Shown piece by piece: positions 52,519-64,000 of a stretch of 64,000 bases of DNA; the stretch's first letter is position 1; every line of letters begins with the position of its first letter. The stretch is from contig NW_024704743.1 of assembly GCF_018977255.1 (NCBI RefSeq), positions 56,360,001 through 56,424,000 on the forward strand. Reading direction: 5' to 3'. The notes under the pieces are model-generated. The model was given only the letters and a program-made list of their open reading frames with translations, did no database searches and was not told the DNA's origin. Origin of the DNA: Callorhinchus milii. Lineage: Eukaryota. The translations under genes and the position numbers were made by a program.

Positions 52519-53137
52519 ATTTTAGAATTATCTGCACTAAAATGTCACAACTATCAATCCTGCTATTCAAGATAATGGAAATGTCTTCTCTCTGACAGGC
52601 AAACAGTTAAATTGAGTCTCTCCGTTCACAAAAAAAAACTGTAGCCCATTTCTTTTGTTTGAAATGCCTGAGATCAGTTTACTTTGCTAATTAGAGTTGA
52701 ACTTTGATATGATCACATTGCTGGGACAGGATGAAATTTGGATCTAAAACAATTTGCGATCTTATCTGTTTTGCTGCTCCAATGCACCAAATGGGCGGGG
52801 ATAAAATGGGACTTGTTTCAATTATGATATAAAGTGATTTGTTGTAATAGCTATATGACCTTGTCAGATTTTGTTTGTTGGATACTCTAAACCTATTTAA
52901 TTTGATGCCTACTTTTATCGTGGAATGGGCTTTGCTTCATATGCTATCACTAGGACTCCTGCTTCGTGGCCCTGTTTTTTATTTTTTATGGAACCACTAA
53001 TTGTTACATTCATCCATCCCATTAAATTGAACGTAACTTTTCATTTATTTTTTGAGGCCATTAATTTGGCTCAAAAACTTCCAAGTGCAAATATAACACA
53101 ATTAAATGGACCTCAGAAAATACTGGTTATATGATTA

Positions 53138-53425
53138 TTCCTTTCTCCACATGCCTCTTTACCTAGCAGTAGTAAGTTGTCTGTTAGTCGGTTGGCGGAT
53201 CATTTTACCGGGGATAATAGTCCTTCAAAAAAACAATAATAAATTGGTTACTTCAATCCACGACTGTTTGTGGGACACTGCTGTGTGCAATTGGCTGCTG
53301 CGTTTCTCCCACAAATATACAGTCAATTCACCTTACAGTATATTCTGTGAAGCGCTTTGAGACGTCTAGAAGATGTGAAAACAGCTATATCAAATGCAAG
53401 AATTATTATTATTATTTTATTATTA
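53138..53425 (+). mobile_element. tRNA(Ala)-like SINE, long form, head missing
   Basis: ctccacatgcctctttacctagcagtagtaag...ggttggcggatcattttaccggg, then core and tail. Confidence 0.88.
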
Positions 53426-54014
53426 CTGTTCTTTTCGGCCAATTTTCCTCATGCCTGAGAGATGTAGACTCTTTGCAAAAACTATCTTACCTAAGATTAT
53501 ACAGAACGGAAACAGGACATTCAGCCCAACTAACATATTAGACCTTCAATATGGGTTTGTTTTTCCACAAAACAGTCCATCTCAAATGGTTGATAGGTTG
53601 CTAGGCATTGATACAGGGTGACGTTCATACTGAAGGATTAGATTTATAACATTACTGCTACATATTTACTGAGAAGTAATTTTCAGTACATTAATCAGAA
53701 CTTCTGTGGATGTCTATGTTGCACAGTATTTCTGTTTTCCCCCTTGGAATCTAACAGAAGTAGAGCTACAGTTAATTATCACTTAACCCCTTCACTAGTG
53801 CAAATCTATCAATAGATTTCAAGAAAATACACTCATCATATCATTAGCTTATATTTCTGTCTCCACGCCAGCTTCGTTTGCTTTTGTTTAAAGGAGAATG
53901 CTGATAATTTGTTACATCATCTGAAATGCAGGAAGTGTCTACATATGCTTTACTGCCTCTCAACTACACTTTACTAAGGTATATGTGCTTTGAAACTGCT
54001 ATTTAGAGTGCAAC

Positions 54015-55540
54015 ATTTTGTTCCGAATTCCCCCTAAATTGTGCTGTACAGCTCACTGATAGCTCAGTTGAATTTGAGTTTTTGGAGCACCTTTTCTATC
54101 TCGCAGAATACCAATACAAACACGATTTGCTATCTGGTGTCTGCCCTGAAATCGCCCTTTGCAACCCTAAATTTGTATCCTCTTGTTCTGCAACAACTAG
54201 AAGTGTATCAGTACTCCAGGTGCTGCCCATCCAGAGCACTATATTGCTCACATATGATTTCTGGGAATCAACTGATTTGGTAATATAACCCAGCATCCTT
54301 TCTGCAGTGTCTATTGCTATCTCACATTGTTTTGATACGATGTACGTAGCCTGTTGAGCTCCCTTTGTAAAATCTTTGTTGCGTGACTGTTCTTTCTCTG
54401 CACCCCCCACCACCCCAACTTGGTGTTATCTGCAAATAGAATTACTTTATACTGGGTTTGTGCATCCAGCCCATTGACGTGTACAAGGAACAAGTGGGAG
54501 TCCTGGTTCAGGCTCCTGAAGTACCCTGATCAATACCTTCCCCATTTTGACCGAGTTCTCCTATCAACAACCCTCTGATTCATTCCCTTCAGAAAATTCA
54601 GAAACCATGTCCATGTTTTACAGTCGATACTTAGACTGCTTCAGTCTGTGACGGTTTCTTTCATGTGGCACTTTGTCAAACACCTTTTTGAAAGTCCAGA
54701 TTTACTATGTGATATGGCTTCCCACAATCAATTTGAAATGTCATTTTCTCACAAAAACCCACAAAAATCCATTTTCTTTCTGGTGATTGACTCCATCATT
54801 TTTCTAATTATGGAGGTGAAGCTATTAGGTCTATAGTGGATAGTTATGATCCTGTCACCTTTCTTGAATATGGAAATATTTTGTTGCTTCCAGTCTGTTG
54901 AAACCTCACCAATAGTAAATGACTCTTTCACATTTCTGTCAGTGCTGCATAAGTCTCCTAGCTTATGTCTTATACCGGGTTCCCCGATTCTGCCTACCTG
55001 GTCAGTGCTGGTGTTTATACTACACACAAGTTCCCACCCCTCCTGTTCCCCTCTCCTACATCCCTCTATTCCCTTCCCCCTTATGCATGCACAAGCCTTT
55101 TTCATTTTTGATGCTATTTGTTTTAACTGTTAGCTCCTGTTAGTGAGTTCCAGATTCTCACTATCTTCTGTGTAAAGAAGTCTCTCCTAAACTCCCTGTT
55201 AGATCTACCACTGTCTAATACTTATGCCCTCTAGTTTTGGATTCACTTACGAGTGGAAACAGCCTATCAACATCCACCCACTGTAATCCTTTCATTACTT
55301 AAACTCGTCTATCAAGGCGCCTCTCAACTCCAGAGAGAAAAGCTCCAACCTGTCCAATCTTTCTTGATAGCTGTATCCACTCATCCCTGGTAACATCCTT
55401 GTAAATCTACGCTGTACTCTCTAATGCTTTAATATCTTTCCTGTAAAGTGACGACCAGAATTGTACACAGTACTCAAAATGTGGTCCAACCAAGGTTTTA
55501 TATCAATTTAGCATTACTTCCCTCTCTAAGTACCCTGGGG
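54015..55540 (-). mobile_element. Cluster of old CR1 fragments, mostly minus strand (RT region about 54290-54950; 3' end about 54990-55540)
   Basis: Reverse complement gives WK...IFKKGD...YRP, a DFxKxFDKVPH-like stretch (ggcactttgtcaaacacctttttgaaagtcc), [10 protein letters not shown] and FFTQKIVRIWNS. Confidence 0.8.
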
Positions 55541-55854
55541 TACTTGTCTTGCATGCTCTGCATAATATTTTTGATGGATGTCCATTTATCCTCAACTGAT
55601 TTGTCCTTGAAAAGTGCCTTCCAGTCTGTCATTTAATTCAACCTGCATTCCACTGAAGTTTGCATGCCTTGAAGTTGTACACTAGAGTTTTGTTATGTGA
55701 CATATTATGTCACTGAACTGTGGTCATTAGTGTCACCTAGTGTATCAACTACTTCTACTCCCTGAATAGTGTCTGGATGAAACTGACTAGAATTAGGAAT
55801 TTAATTGTACCTGGTGGGCTTCCAGACACTGTGGCAGGAATTAGTCATGCACTA

Positions 55855-56160
55855 CACCTGGTGCCTCCCTACCTCTCCGACCTGCTTACTCCCCACTCCA
55901 CCACCTGCCCCCTCCGCTCAGCTGGCTCCAGCTTGTTTCTCTCTATCCCTCATCTCTACCATCAGTGGCCGAACTTTCAGTCACTTCACCTCTTCCCCCT
56001 TAATCCCTCTGCCATGTCCTCTCCTTCCCTTTTTTCAGATCACCCCTGAAGACCTCCCTACCCCATGCTCGGCATCAGCCTCAGCCTCGGCCATTGGTAA
56101 GCGCTCTGACCTACCCTGCATGAAGGGTGCTATATAAATGCAAGTTGAGTTTGTCGTCGT
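55855..56160 (+). mobile_element. L2 LINE 3' end
   Basis: PPYLSDLLTP...LRSAGS; tail aagcgctctg...aagggtgctatataaatgcaagttg. Confidence 0.85.
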
Positions 56161-58987
56161 CGTACATTAATGAACAGAGTCCTTCCCACTTGGACTTTCC
56201 GAGTGTGTGTTGGGTTGTTGTGTTGAAGTCCCCCATCAATATTAAGTTTGTTTTCTCATATTTACTCCTATTATTCATAAAGTGACATATAATCTATCGT
56301 TCGGTTAGACATTGTACCAGTGTATGGTGACATTGAACAGTATGTTGTGGTAATGTCTAGGGAGTAAGACTTCACTGGTAATTATTGACCTTGACTGTGA
56401 ATGCTTATAACATGTCAATACCATCATAAATGCACAGTGGTTGGTTACGTTTTTTAAAAAAACAGCAGAATGTTACCTTTCAAGAGTCTACAGCCCCCTT
56501 GATGTTGTCTTCTTCATCCAATCTTTTCTTGTGATCTGATGCCTTATCCTTAAAGATTGACCAAAGTGCAGGATTTTCTGTTTTAAACATTGCTTGTAAT
56601 GGCACCAATATGAGCTATACAAATAAAATTTACCCACAAAAAATTATGTTCTTCTCTTTCTCCCACCTTCCTCCAAATAAAAGATCATCACATCTGCTGT
56701 GAGGAAATTCCACCCATTGGATTTAAGTTGCTTTCTAGTTTTGCAGAAGCTGAGAAGCAAAGCATCTCACCTGCTTTGTGGATGCTGCCAGCTGGCTTCT
56801 CTCTCTCTTCCTATGCCTCTGCTCTGTTCTTAAGCCTTCTTGTGTATGTCACCTCTTGAGAAATACCTGGCATTTACTATACAGTGCTTTGTAACATATT
56901 AATGAATAAAACAACAGTGCAGCTACAGAGAAACTATTTTTAACACTGAATATCAAAACAAGCCCTGAATATCATATTAAAAGATTGCTGGCTGTGATCA
57001 TGCTTCCAACACCTTGGCCCTGCTATGGAAACCCCTTGTCTTTGCTCAGTCCTTGGGTTTGTATTGGTCACTCAGTGCTAGCACACTACAAAGGTCAGTA
57101 CTCACTTGAATATTGCACATGACTCTCGTGCTTGGTTTCTTTCATTACAAATTTTACTGACAAGACATAGCAGATTTAGGCTAACGCTTTACTGCCAAGT
57201 GGTGCAGCACCAGATGGCGCTTGGGCAAGAGAAGAACATTTGAGCTTATAGCTTGCTGACAGTGGTTTTCTGTGTGACTTTTAGGCATGAAGAAGGATTG
57301 CTTAACAAACTGGAATGTCACCTTGCTAAGAGATTTCAGGGTGCTTGTTTTTGATGAAATTAACGCATCTCTTGAGAATCTAAATATAACATAGTGTTTG
57401 GCTGGTATTGTACTATCAAATACATTGAAAAACTAGTCTGATCTCATCAACATCAACTTTTCTTCTCGTGTTGGTGATAGTGAAAAGTAGATTGGTGATT
57501 TATGTGTAGTTAATATCTTTTGTTCAACTTAAGTCACAAACCAATGTGTTGAATTGTATTTGAAACAAACTGTCATTGCTTCTTTGGCTTAAGGCAAGAT
57601 CTGACCTTTTTATTAAATAATGAGAATCATCTGTTACCTAAACCATTTCTAATGGTCATAGGGAAAATGCCAGCTTTTAATTAGCTTAAAGCATAACAAG
57701 CCCTTAAACTGTCTTGTTTGATTTAATTTTATGTTTGAGAAAATTGCTGTTATTAAGTGTGAAGCATAACACCACATATTATAGCAGAGGCATAATTTTA
57801 GTTTAAGACAATCAGTGGAAGAGCATGCATACTTAAAGAAGCTGTTGTTGTTATTGATAGCAGACATAAAATTATTACACTAATATTAAGACACCATGAG
57901 TATATTGGAGTGTTTTAAGTTAATTTAACAAAATAAGATAACAATTTCACTAACATTATTAATTTATTATTTGTTTTCTGCAGTATTTTTGCATTGCTGT
58001 TTTTATGTTTGCTTACATGGGTCCAGTTGGAGGTAACTATAAGCTGCCTCATGAAATGGACCTTAGTGATTGCTTGGAGCATAAAAAGTGCAACATTTAT
58101 ATTGAGTGTCAAGCCCACAGCCTTTCTGCAGCCAGAAACGTGCTCCAGTGAAGCTGGTTTAGTATTGATGGATAACTGTCTTAGGGGAGCGAGTTCTAGT
58201 AAGAAACAGTCTGCAAGACAGCATCACTAGTAAGAGAAGTGTGTAAAGCTTGGCCACTGGTACTCTGTAGTGCCGAGATGCAACTGTTGTGGCTTTTGTC
58301 TTCCTAACGTAAAGGGGAAGTCCTGCTGCACAGAGAGGGAACCTTATAGTCCTGCTTCAGTTGTCATCTTTACGACATCTAGGCAACAACCCTGATATAT
58401 TGCAAGTGCGCTGATCATAACTGGATAACTTTGAGCATTTTATAAAGTGCTCTGGGATGCTACCCTGTGTGAGGGGCGCTATATAAATGCAAGTTGTTGT
58501 TGTGGCTATACTGAGGCAAAAGCTAGGTTTGCTCTAATTCCCTCAATGTAGTTTAGATACAATTATTGGATATTTGGAACTAAGGAAAGTTTAGTACTTT
58601 TTCAGGGAAAGTTAGGGTAGCTTGGTGTTGCATTTTTGACAGGTATCGATTTATTTTTCTCAACACTGACAATAACACACTGTTTGTCAGCCAGCCCAAT
58701 CTCCAGTTCTGTCAGTCTGCCTACAGTGATTCAGCTGTTGCTTGCCTTTCAGGCAGAGAAATAAGAGCTCCAGAGGGTGGTATCATTCGGGTGATAATTC
58801 AAAAGAAATTGTGTTTACTTTTTACAAAGCTGTCATTCACTTTATTTTTTAAAACTAATGCTTAAAATTAATCTATTAAAATGTGATATCATCATGAATA
58901 ACACCATATGTTAAGTAACGTTCTTGGGCATTGCCATGTTTTACTTAAATCTTTCTGGGACATTCACGGCACTTTATTAAATGCCAG

Positions 58988-59320
58988 CCAGGCTCAATTA
59001 GTAGCATTCTCACCTCTAGATCAGAAAATTGTGGGTTTAAGCCCCACATCAGGCTTTGAAGTCACCAGTCTTGGCTGACACTCCAGTCTAGTGCTGAGTG
59101 TGTGCTGCATTGTTGGAGATACTGTCCTTCAGGTGAGCTGTTAAACCAAGGTCCCAAATAACAATAGCCATCTACTTCATCACTTTTTGTGGAAGATTCC
59201 TGTGTGCAAATTGCCTTCTACGTTTGCCTACAAAATACACAGTCACTACACTTCACAGTAAATCCTATGAAGCTCTTTGAGACATCCTCCTTACGTGAAA
59301 GGTAATGCAAAGATTATTAT
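58988..59320 (+). mobile_element. Long Deu-domain SINE with internal deletion
   Basis: ggctcaattagtagcattctcacctctagatcagaaaattgtgggtttaagcccca...ggctgacactccagt...gtgtgcaaattgcc...gagacatcctccttacgtgaaagg. Confidence 0.85.
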
Positions 59321-59783
59321 AGAATTATTAAGATTTTGCATGATAATCTTTTGAATATCACCATGTGTAAGCAATATGGCATATAAATGAAAGTTTTGTT
59401 TTTAAAGGTGGACTACATTTTAAATGTAAAAATGATTTTGAGTGAGATCAAGCATGTTCCCATAAACCAATAATGCTGCTCTGTGGTTGCCTAATATCAG
59501 ATCCATGTCTGCTGCCTAAGCTAGTCACATCGAGTCCTTGCTCTCCTTCTCATACCTCATATTATGGCCATTCTGCTACTGGGTGAGAATTTATAAGTTG
59601 TCCATCAAGGGAATCAAAATGTGAAGCCCAGTTTTAAAGCCCCCTTCTAAATCTAATACTGACCATAGTCTTCAGCCAGCTTCCATGGGATTTTATTTTA
59701 ATAAGCTAGATCCTTTTTATTATTAATGGGAATAGTTTAAAATAATAAAATAATCCACCTGTATGAAAATCTAGACTGAATTT

Positions 59784-59848
59784 GTTCCTTCCTTCCTTCT
59801 TTTGTTTTCTCTCTTTCTCTATCTTCCTTTCTCTGTCTCTTTCTATCT
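59784..59848. repeat. Pyrimidine-rich low-complexity tract
   Basis: ttccttccttccttctttttgttttctctctttctctatcttcctttctctgtctct... Confidence 0.7.
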
Positions 59849-60886
59849 CTCTGTCTTTCCCCTTTTTGATTCTAGATGCTAAGTTTTCTCTACCATGAAG
59901 GTTATCAATCAGCCTTCCTGTGAATCTATCAGTTTATCTCTAATATAATTCTGTACGCTGGATTTGAACCAACCCATAATAGGAACCAACTTGCCTTTCA
60001 AAGTCTTCTTTGTTGTTGTTTTTGTCTAGCAAGTAGACCTCCAGCACAATGGATCTTTGTGTGTCTTATGTCACATCTCTGTGTCATGTGCCCTATATAA
60101 AGTTCCATAAAACATAGTACAAATGAAAACAACCTATGCTGTTCACACACTGTTCACACAGTTCCAGCATCAAAAGAAATACCTATAATTAGCAAGAAGA
60201 GGCAATCTATATATTAATGCTTATAAAATGGCTTCTTTAAATATAAAAGGAAAAAAAGATTGCAATCTAATGAAATACAAAAAAAATCTTTTATGTAATA
60301 TTCATTATGTGGTGTTGGACATATTGGATATTTGCAGTGATTTCCAATGGGATTCCTTATTAAAGCGATCAAGTGGGGACTCCTTCCGGTAACTGGAAAT
60401 GCATCTTGCCTACTCTTCTACTCTTGGGAACTGTATTGCACAAGTAGGTCAGATGACAGTATCTGTGTGTCAGTGTTACAAGCTTTTTTGTAAAGGAAAC
60501 TTATTAGAAATTGATGCTTATTAAAACACAGTGATGACTTGACTCATCAATTGTGTACATAGATGACATATTGCATCTTGGTTACTTAAGATGAGCTTTT
60601 GTTACTGAAGTCTTTCTCTTAAAAAAGAATGATAGGCAAACCAGATGGCTGGAAGATAGATCTGCCATATTTTTGACATATTCTTTAACCTTTAGCCCAA
60701 TTCCACCATTTCAACTGATGTTGAAAATCATCACAGTTGTTATCCTCACCAGCGAAGACTTAAGAAGGAATAATGGAAAAGGTCTTTTGGTAAAGTGCCA
60801 TTAGTGGAGGATCAGATACTTAAAACTAGCTTCAAGTTTAGTTCATTAGTTCATTAGCATTAGTTTAGCCTAATAGCATTAGTTTA

Positions 60887-61104
60887 GCCTAATAATAATC
60901 CCTCCAAAAAACAAAAACAATAATAAATTGGGCATTTTCAATCCACGCCTGTTTGTGGGACACTGCTGTGCACAATTGGCTGCCGCGTTTGCCCACAAAT
61001 ATACAGTCAATTCACTTTACAGTATATTCTGTGAAGCGCTTTGGGACGTCCTCCTGACGTGAAAAGCGCTATATCAAAATGCAAGGATTATTATTATTAT
61101 TATT
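60887..61104 (+). mobile_element. tRNA(Ala)-like SINE, short form, 5'-truncated, little diverged
   Basis: gcctaataataatccctcc...gggacgtcctcctgacgtgaaaagcgctatatcaaaatgcaagg(att)n. Confidence 0.92.
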
Positions 61105-61577
61105 CTCCTTTCGAAAATAGTTTCCCTAATTCAGACAGAGCCCAGACAATGTGAGAGTGACTCTTCCAAGCATATAAATGCAATTCAAAGTATATAAACA
61201 GGTATGCTGGGGACTACTCAACTCTTTCAGCCTACAAGAGTGAATGGTGCATGAAAATACACTGGGATTCCTGTGTGCCATTATCAAGACCCAAAGTAGG
61301 TGGAAAGTAATTCAGTCTTTCTTTAGAATTTAGAAAACAAGAGATTTGTCATTATATATGCCATTGGAACGCAATATTGCTATCCCAACTGAAAGTGTCA
61401 GAAATGAAATCACCATTGCCTCGGCCTGCCCTATTTGCGAAACTGATTTATTGCACGAATTCCGATTTACGATTTGATTTGCAAAATTCCCATAAATCCC
61501 AAATCCCAAAACAATGAGCAAAACTGTGGAGGAAAACACTTGGGTGGTTTGTTCATTGGCCTTTATGTGGATTTTGA

Positions 61578-61697
61578 AATAAAAACAGACATCAGTAGGT
61601 TAGGCAGCATCTATGGATAGAAGAAAGTGAATTTACGTCTCAGGTTGATGACCTTTCATCAGATTTCCAGCATCTGCAGTATGTTGCCTTTTTGTTT
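61578..61697 (-). mobile_element. Remnant of a Penelope-like element terminus
   Basis: aaaacaga...ggcagcatctatgga...acgtctcaggttgatgacctttcatcagatttccagcatctgcagta resembles a common shark Penelope-type end (from memory). The minus strand carries CTGATGA-stem-GAGAC. Confidence 0.6.
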
Positions 61698-62031
61698 GGA
61701 TTTTGTCTGCTAGGAATTTGCTTTTCACAGCTTGTTTATTAAGTTTGTTCTCAGTATCAACAACAATTTACATTTATTAAGTACCTTTCATGTTGGGAGA
61801 ATGTCCCAAAATGCTTCACATTGCTGACTTGGAGACTAAGATGGCAGCCAAGGAGAGCTGAGAAGGGTTGGGAGAAAAGTAATCAAATGCATGGTTGAAA
61901 ATGTGTCCACCTCCACTCCTCAATTGCCATTCATGCTCTGAGAGGTGCTGAAATCTGTGTAAACAGTAGATTATCAGGAATACAAAACAAACTTTGTATT
62001 CCTGAAATTCAGTTAGAATACACTCAAAATG

Positions 62032-62245
62032 TAATAATAATCCTTCTTTTTGGTATAGCAGCTTTCACATTGAAGGATGTCTCAAAGCACTTCACATTAT
62101 ATGCAATACAGCAGAGTGAACGTGATTGTATGTTTTGTGGGTGAACCCGGTAGCCAGTTTGCATACAGCAATGTTACTGTAAACAGCCATTAGCATTTTT
62201 TTTATTTGGGTGATTTGATTTGGCCAAGACGCTGGAAGAAGCTCC
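62032..62245 (-). mobile_element. Deu-domain SINE 3' half, degenerate
   Basis: taataataatccttc...tttcacattgaaggatgtctcaaagcacttcac...gccagtttgcatacagcaatgt. Confidence 0.65.
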
Positions 62246-62444
62246 TTTAATGGACAATCTTAAGAGAGGTTCAGTTGAAGAAAATCCTCTGGTCTATTTG
62301 ATCTCATTCTTCCAAAATGCCAGTTCTACTGACTTCCTAACACAGCATTGAGCTATTTCTTAATTGAGCTGAGATATTTTTCTATTCCATTTTAACATCT
62401 CAAAAACAATTTGCTGCTAAATCAAAAACCAATATGATGCTCAC

Positions 62445-62688
62445 TAAAAGGAGACATCTCAGAAGGGACCTTAGAAAGGTACATAAGAATTTAACTGGGA
62501 TTGAGATACTTTCAGACGTGCCGAGACAGCAAAACAAGAGGACACATGTTCAGAGTTGTAAAGGGCAATTTCAGGAAATATTTATTTATGCAGCGAGCAA
62601 TGAATGTCTAGACCAAGTTATCAGGAAGGGTGGTTAAAGCCATGATGCTGGACTGGTTTCAAAAACAGCTTTATGCTCTCATGGGGGG
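62445..62688 (+). mobile_element. CR1 ORF2 C-terminus, degenerate
   Basis: KRRHLRRDLRKVHKNL and acaagaggacac (TRGH-like). Confidence 0.65.
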
Positions 62689-63455
62689 TATCCAGAACTC
62701 TGCAGCCCGTGTTCTCTCCCACACTAATCAAGGTGAGCCCATCACCCCTCACTTGGCTTCTTTAGTGTCCCATCTCCCAATGGATCAAGATTTCAAGATC
62801 CTTATCCTCGCATTCAAATCCCACCATTGCCTCGCCTGACCTACCTCTGCAATCTCCTGCAACCTACTGACCCAGCCGCTCCCTCCACTCAGCTTCATGT
62901 CCTCTAACTGTTCCATCCCACCATCGGTGGAGTCCTGTAGCTCAGTGGTGAGAGCACTTGCCTTGCAAGCGAGAAACCTGAGTTCAATTCCAGGCAGGGC
63001 GAAACCTTGGGCAAGGTTCCTTACTCCACACGCCTAATAATAATATCTCCAAAAACAAAAACGATAATAAATTGGTAATTTTCAATCTGTTTGTGGGACA
63101 CTGCTGTGCAGAATTGGCTGCCGCGTTCGCCCACAAATATTTGGTCAATTCACTTTACAGCATATTCTGTGAAGAGTTTTGAGACATCTAGAAGACGTGA
63201 AAAGTGCTATATCAAATGCAAGGATTATTATTATCATCGATGGGTGAGCTTTCAGCCATTCTGCCCCTGCTTTCACTCCATCCTGGAGAACCTCCGCCTT
63301 CCCCAATTTAAAGCCACCCTATGACATTCTGTTCAACTGCACTTTCAGTCATCTTTCTCTTCTCCCCGCCCCCATCTCATATGCCCAATCAGCTATGTGA
63401 AGTACTTTGAGACATCCTTCCAATGTGAAAGGCACCGAATAAATGTATATTGTGT
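62689..63455 (+). mobile_element. L2 3' end interrupted by the SINE at 62929-63234
   Basis: IQNSAARVLS, FKILILAFKS; cccaccatcggt|gggtgagctttcagcc rejoins across the SINE. Confidence 0.85.
62929..63234 (+). mobile_element. tRNA(Ala)-like SINE, short form, full length, with probable target-site duplication
   Basis: GGAGTCCTGTAGCTCAGTGGTGAGAGCAC...(att)n; flanked by catcggt (62922-62928) and catcgat (63235-63241). Confidence 0.94.
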
Positions 63456-63482
63456 TGCATTCTAGAAGTATTGCATTCTAGT

Positions 63483-63757
63483 AGAGACCTGTAGCTCAGT
63501 GGTTAGAGCACTTGCCTCACAAGTGAGAGACCTGGGTTCGATTCCCAGCAGGGCGAAACCTTGGGCAAGTTTCCTTACTCAAAAAAAAGAATAATAATTT
63601 GGTCACTCAATCCACGACTGTTTGTGGGACACTGCTGTGCGCAATTGGCTGCCTCGTTTCGCCCTCAAATATACAATCAATTCACTTTACAGTATATTCT
63701 ATGAAGCGCTTTAAGACGTAAAAAGCGCTATATCAAATGCAAGGATTATTATTATTA
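63483..63757 (+). mobile_element. tRNA(Ala)-like SINE with a larger internal deletion
   Basis: cctgtagctcagtggttagagcac...gggttcgattccc (A and B boxes), gggcgaaaccttgggcaagtttccttactc, core and (att)n tail. Confidence 0.93.
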
Positions 63758-64000
63758 AGAATGAGATCAAATATGTCAAAGGCCCTTCTTTATCCAAACC
63801 TCTCTCATGAATGTTGTAAACATTGAAGTGATGCAGCCTAGAGCTGTGTTTATTGAAAGAGATGGATTAGCAAGACATCTAATGATTTAAATGGGCCAGT
63901 TTAACACAAACCGAAGGGTCAATCCTTTTTTTTAAGATGGTTGGCATATTAAAATTCATTTGGAGAGTACCTCTTGTGAAATATAAGAGGAAAATGTAAT

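Noticed and set aside
56623..56660. ATA AAA TTT ACC CAC AAA (IKFTHK) resembles the start of the expected DGKB terminal exon (IKITHK)
   Set aside because: It is preceded by tacaa, not AG, has no polypyrimidine tract, and continues KLCS rather than NQAPMLMGPP. Chance similarity.
63483..63555. tRNA-Ala-like sequence with A and B boxes (also 62929, 37815-37886, 16240-16308)
   Set aside because: Each runs straight into the SINE body and lacks a proper acceptor stem, so these are SINE heads, not tRNA genes.

Overview
Eukaryotic, AT-rich, CpG-poor, repeat-dense genomic DNA. The repeat set (Deu-domain SINEs, CR1 and L2 LINEs, a Penelope-type terminus) points to a cartilaginous fish, possibly a chimaera; that is inference. 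The window lies inside the 3' part of a type I diacylglycerol kinase gene on the + strand, best matching DGKB. Three internal coding exons (1886-2081, 33883-34003, 35500-35560) have GT-AG boundaries and matching phases, and splice in frame into the accessory catalytic subdomain (…[20 protein letters not shown]…LFEVIGLEG…[15 protein letters not shown]). The terminal exon was not found and probably lies beyond 64000. The rest is intron, filled with truncated L2 and CR1 pieces, two related tRNA-derived SINE types, an older unclassified repeat, a pogo/Tigger-type MITE and repeat-free stretches that may be regulatory. Nearly all ORF-track entries are LINE debris or chance frames. I found no convincing wholly new system. 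The best leads are: inverted SINEs bracketing the two small exons (circRNA-type layout), a possible read-through C-terminus, recurrent stutter duplications at SINE 5' junctions, SINE subfamily and domain structure, and a decayed hammerhead-ribozyme core. Exon boundaries were counted exactly. Repeat boundaries are by eye, roughly +/-20-30 bp.
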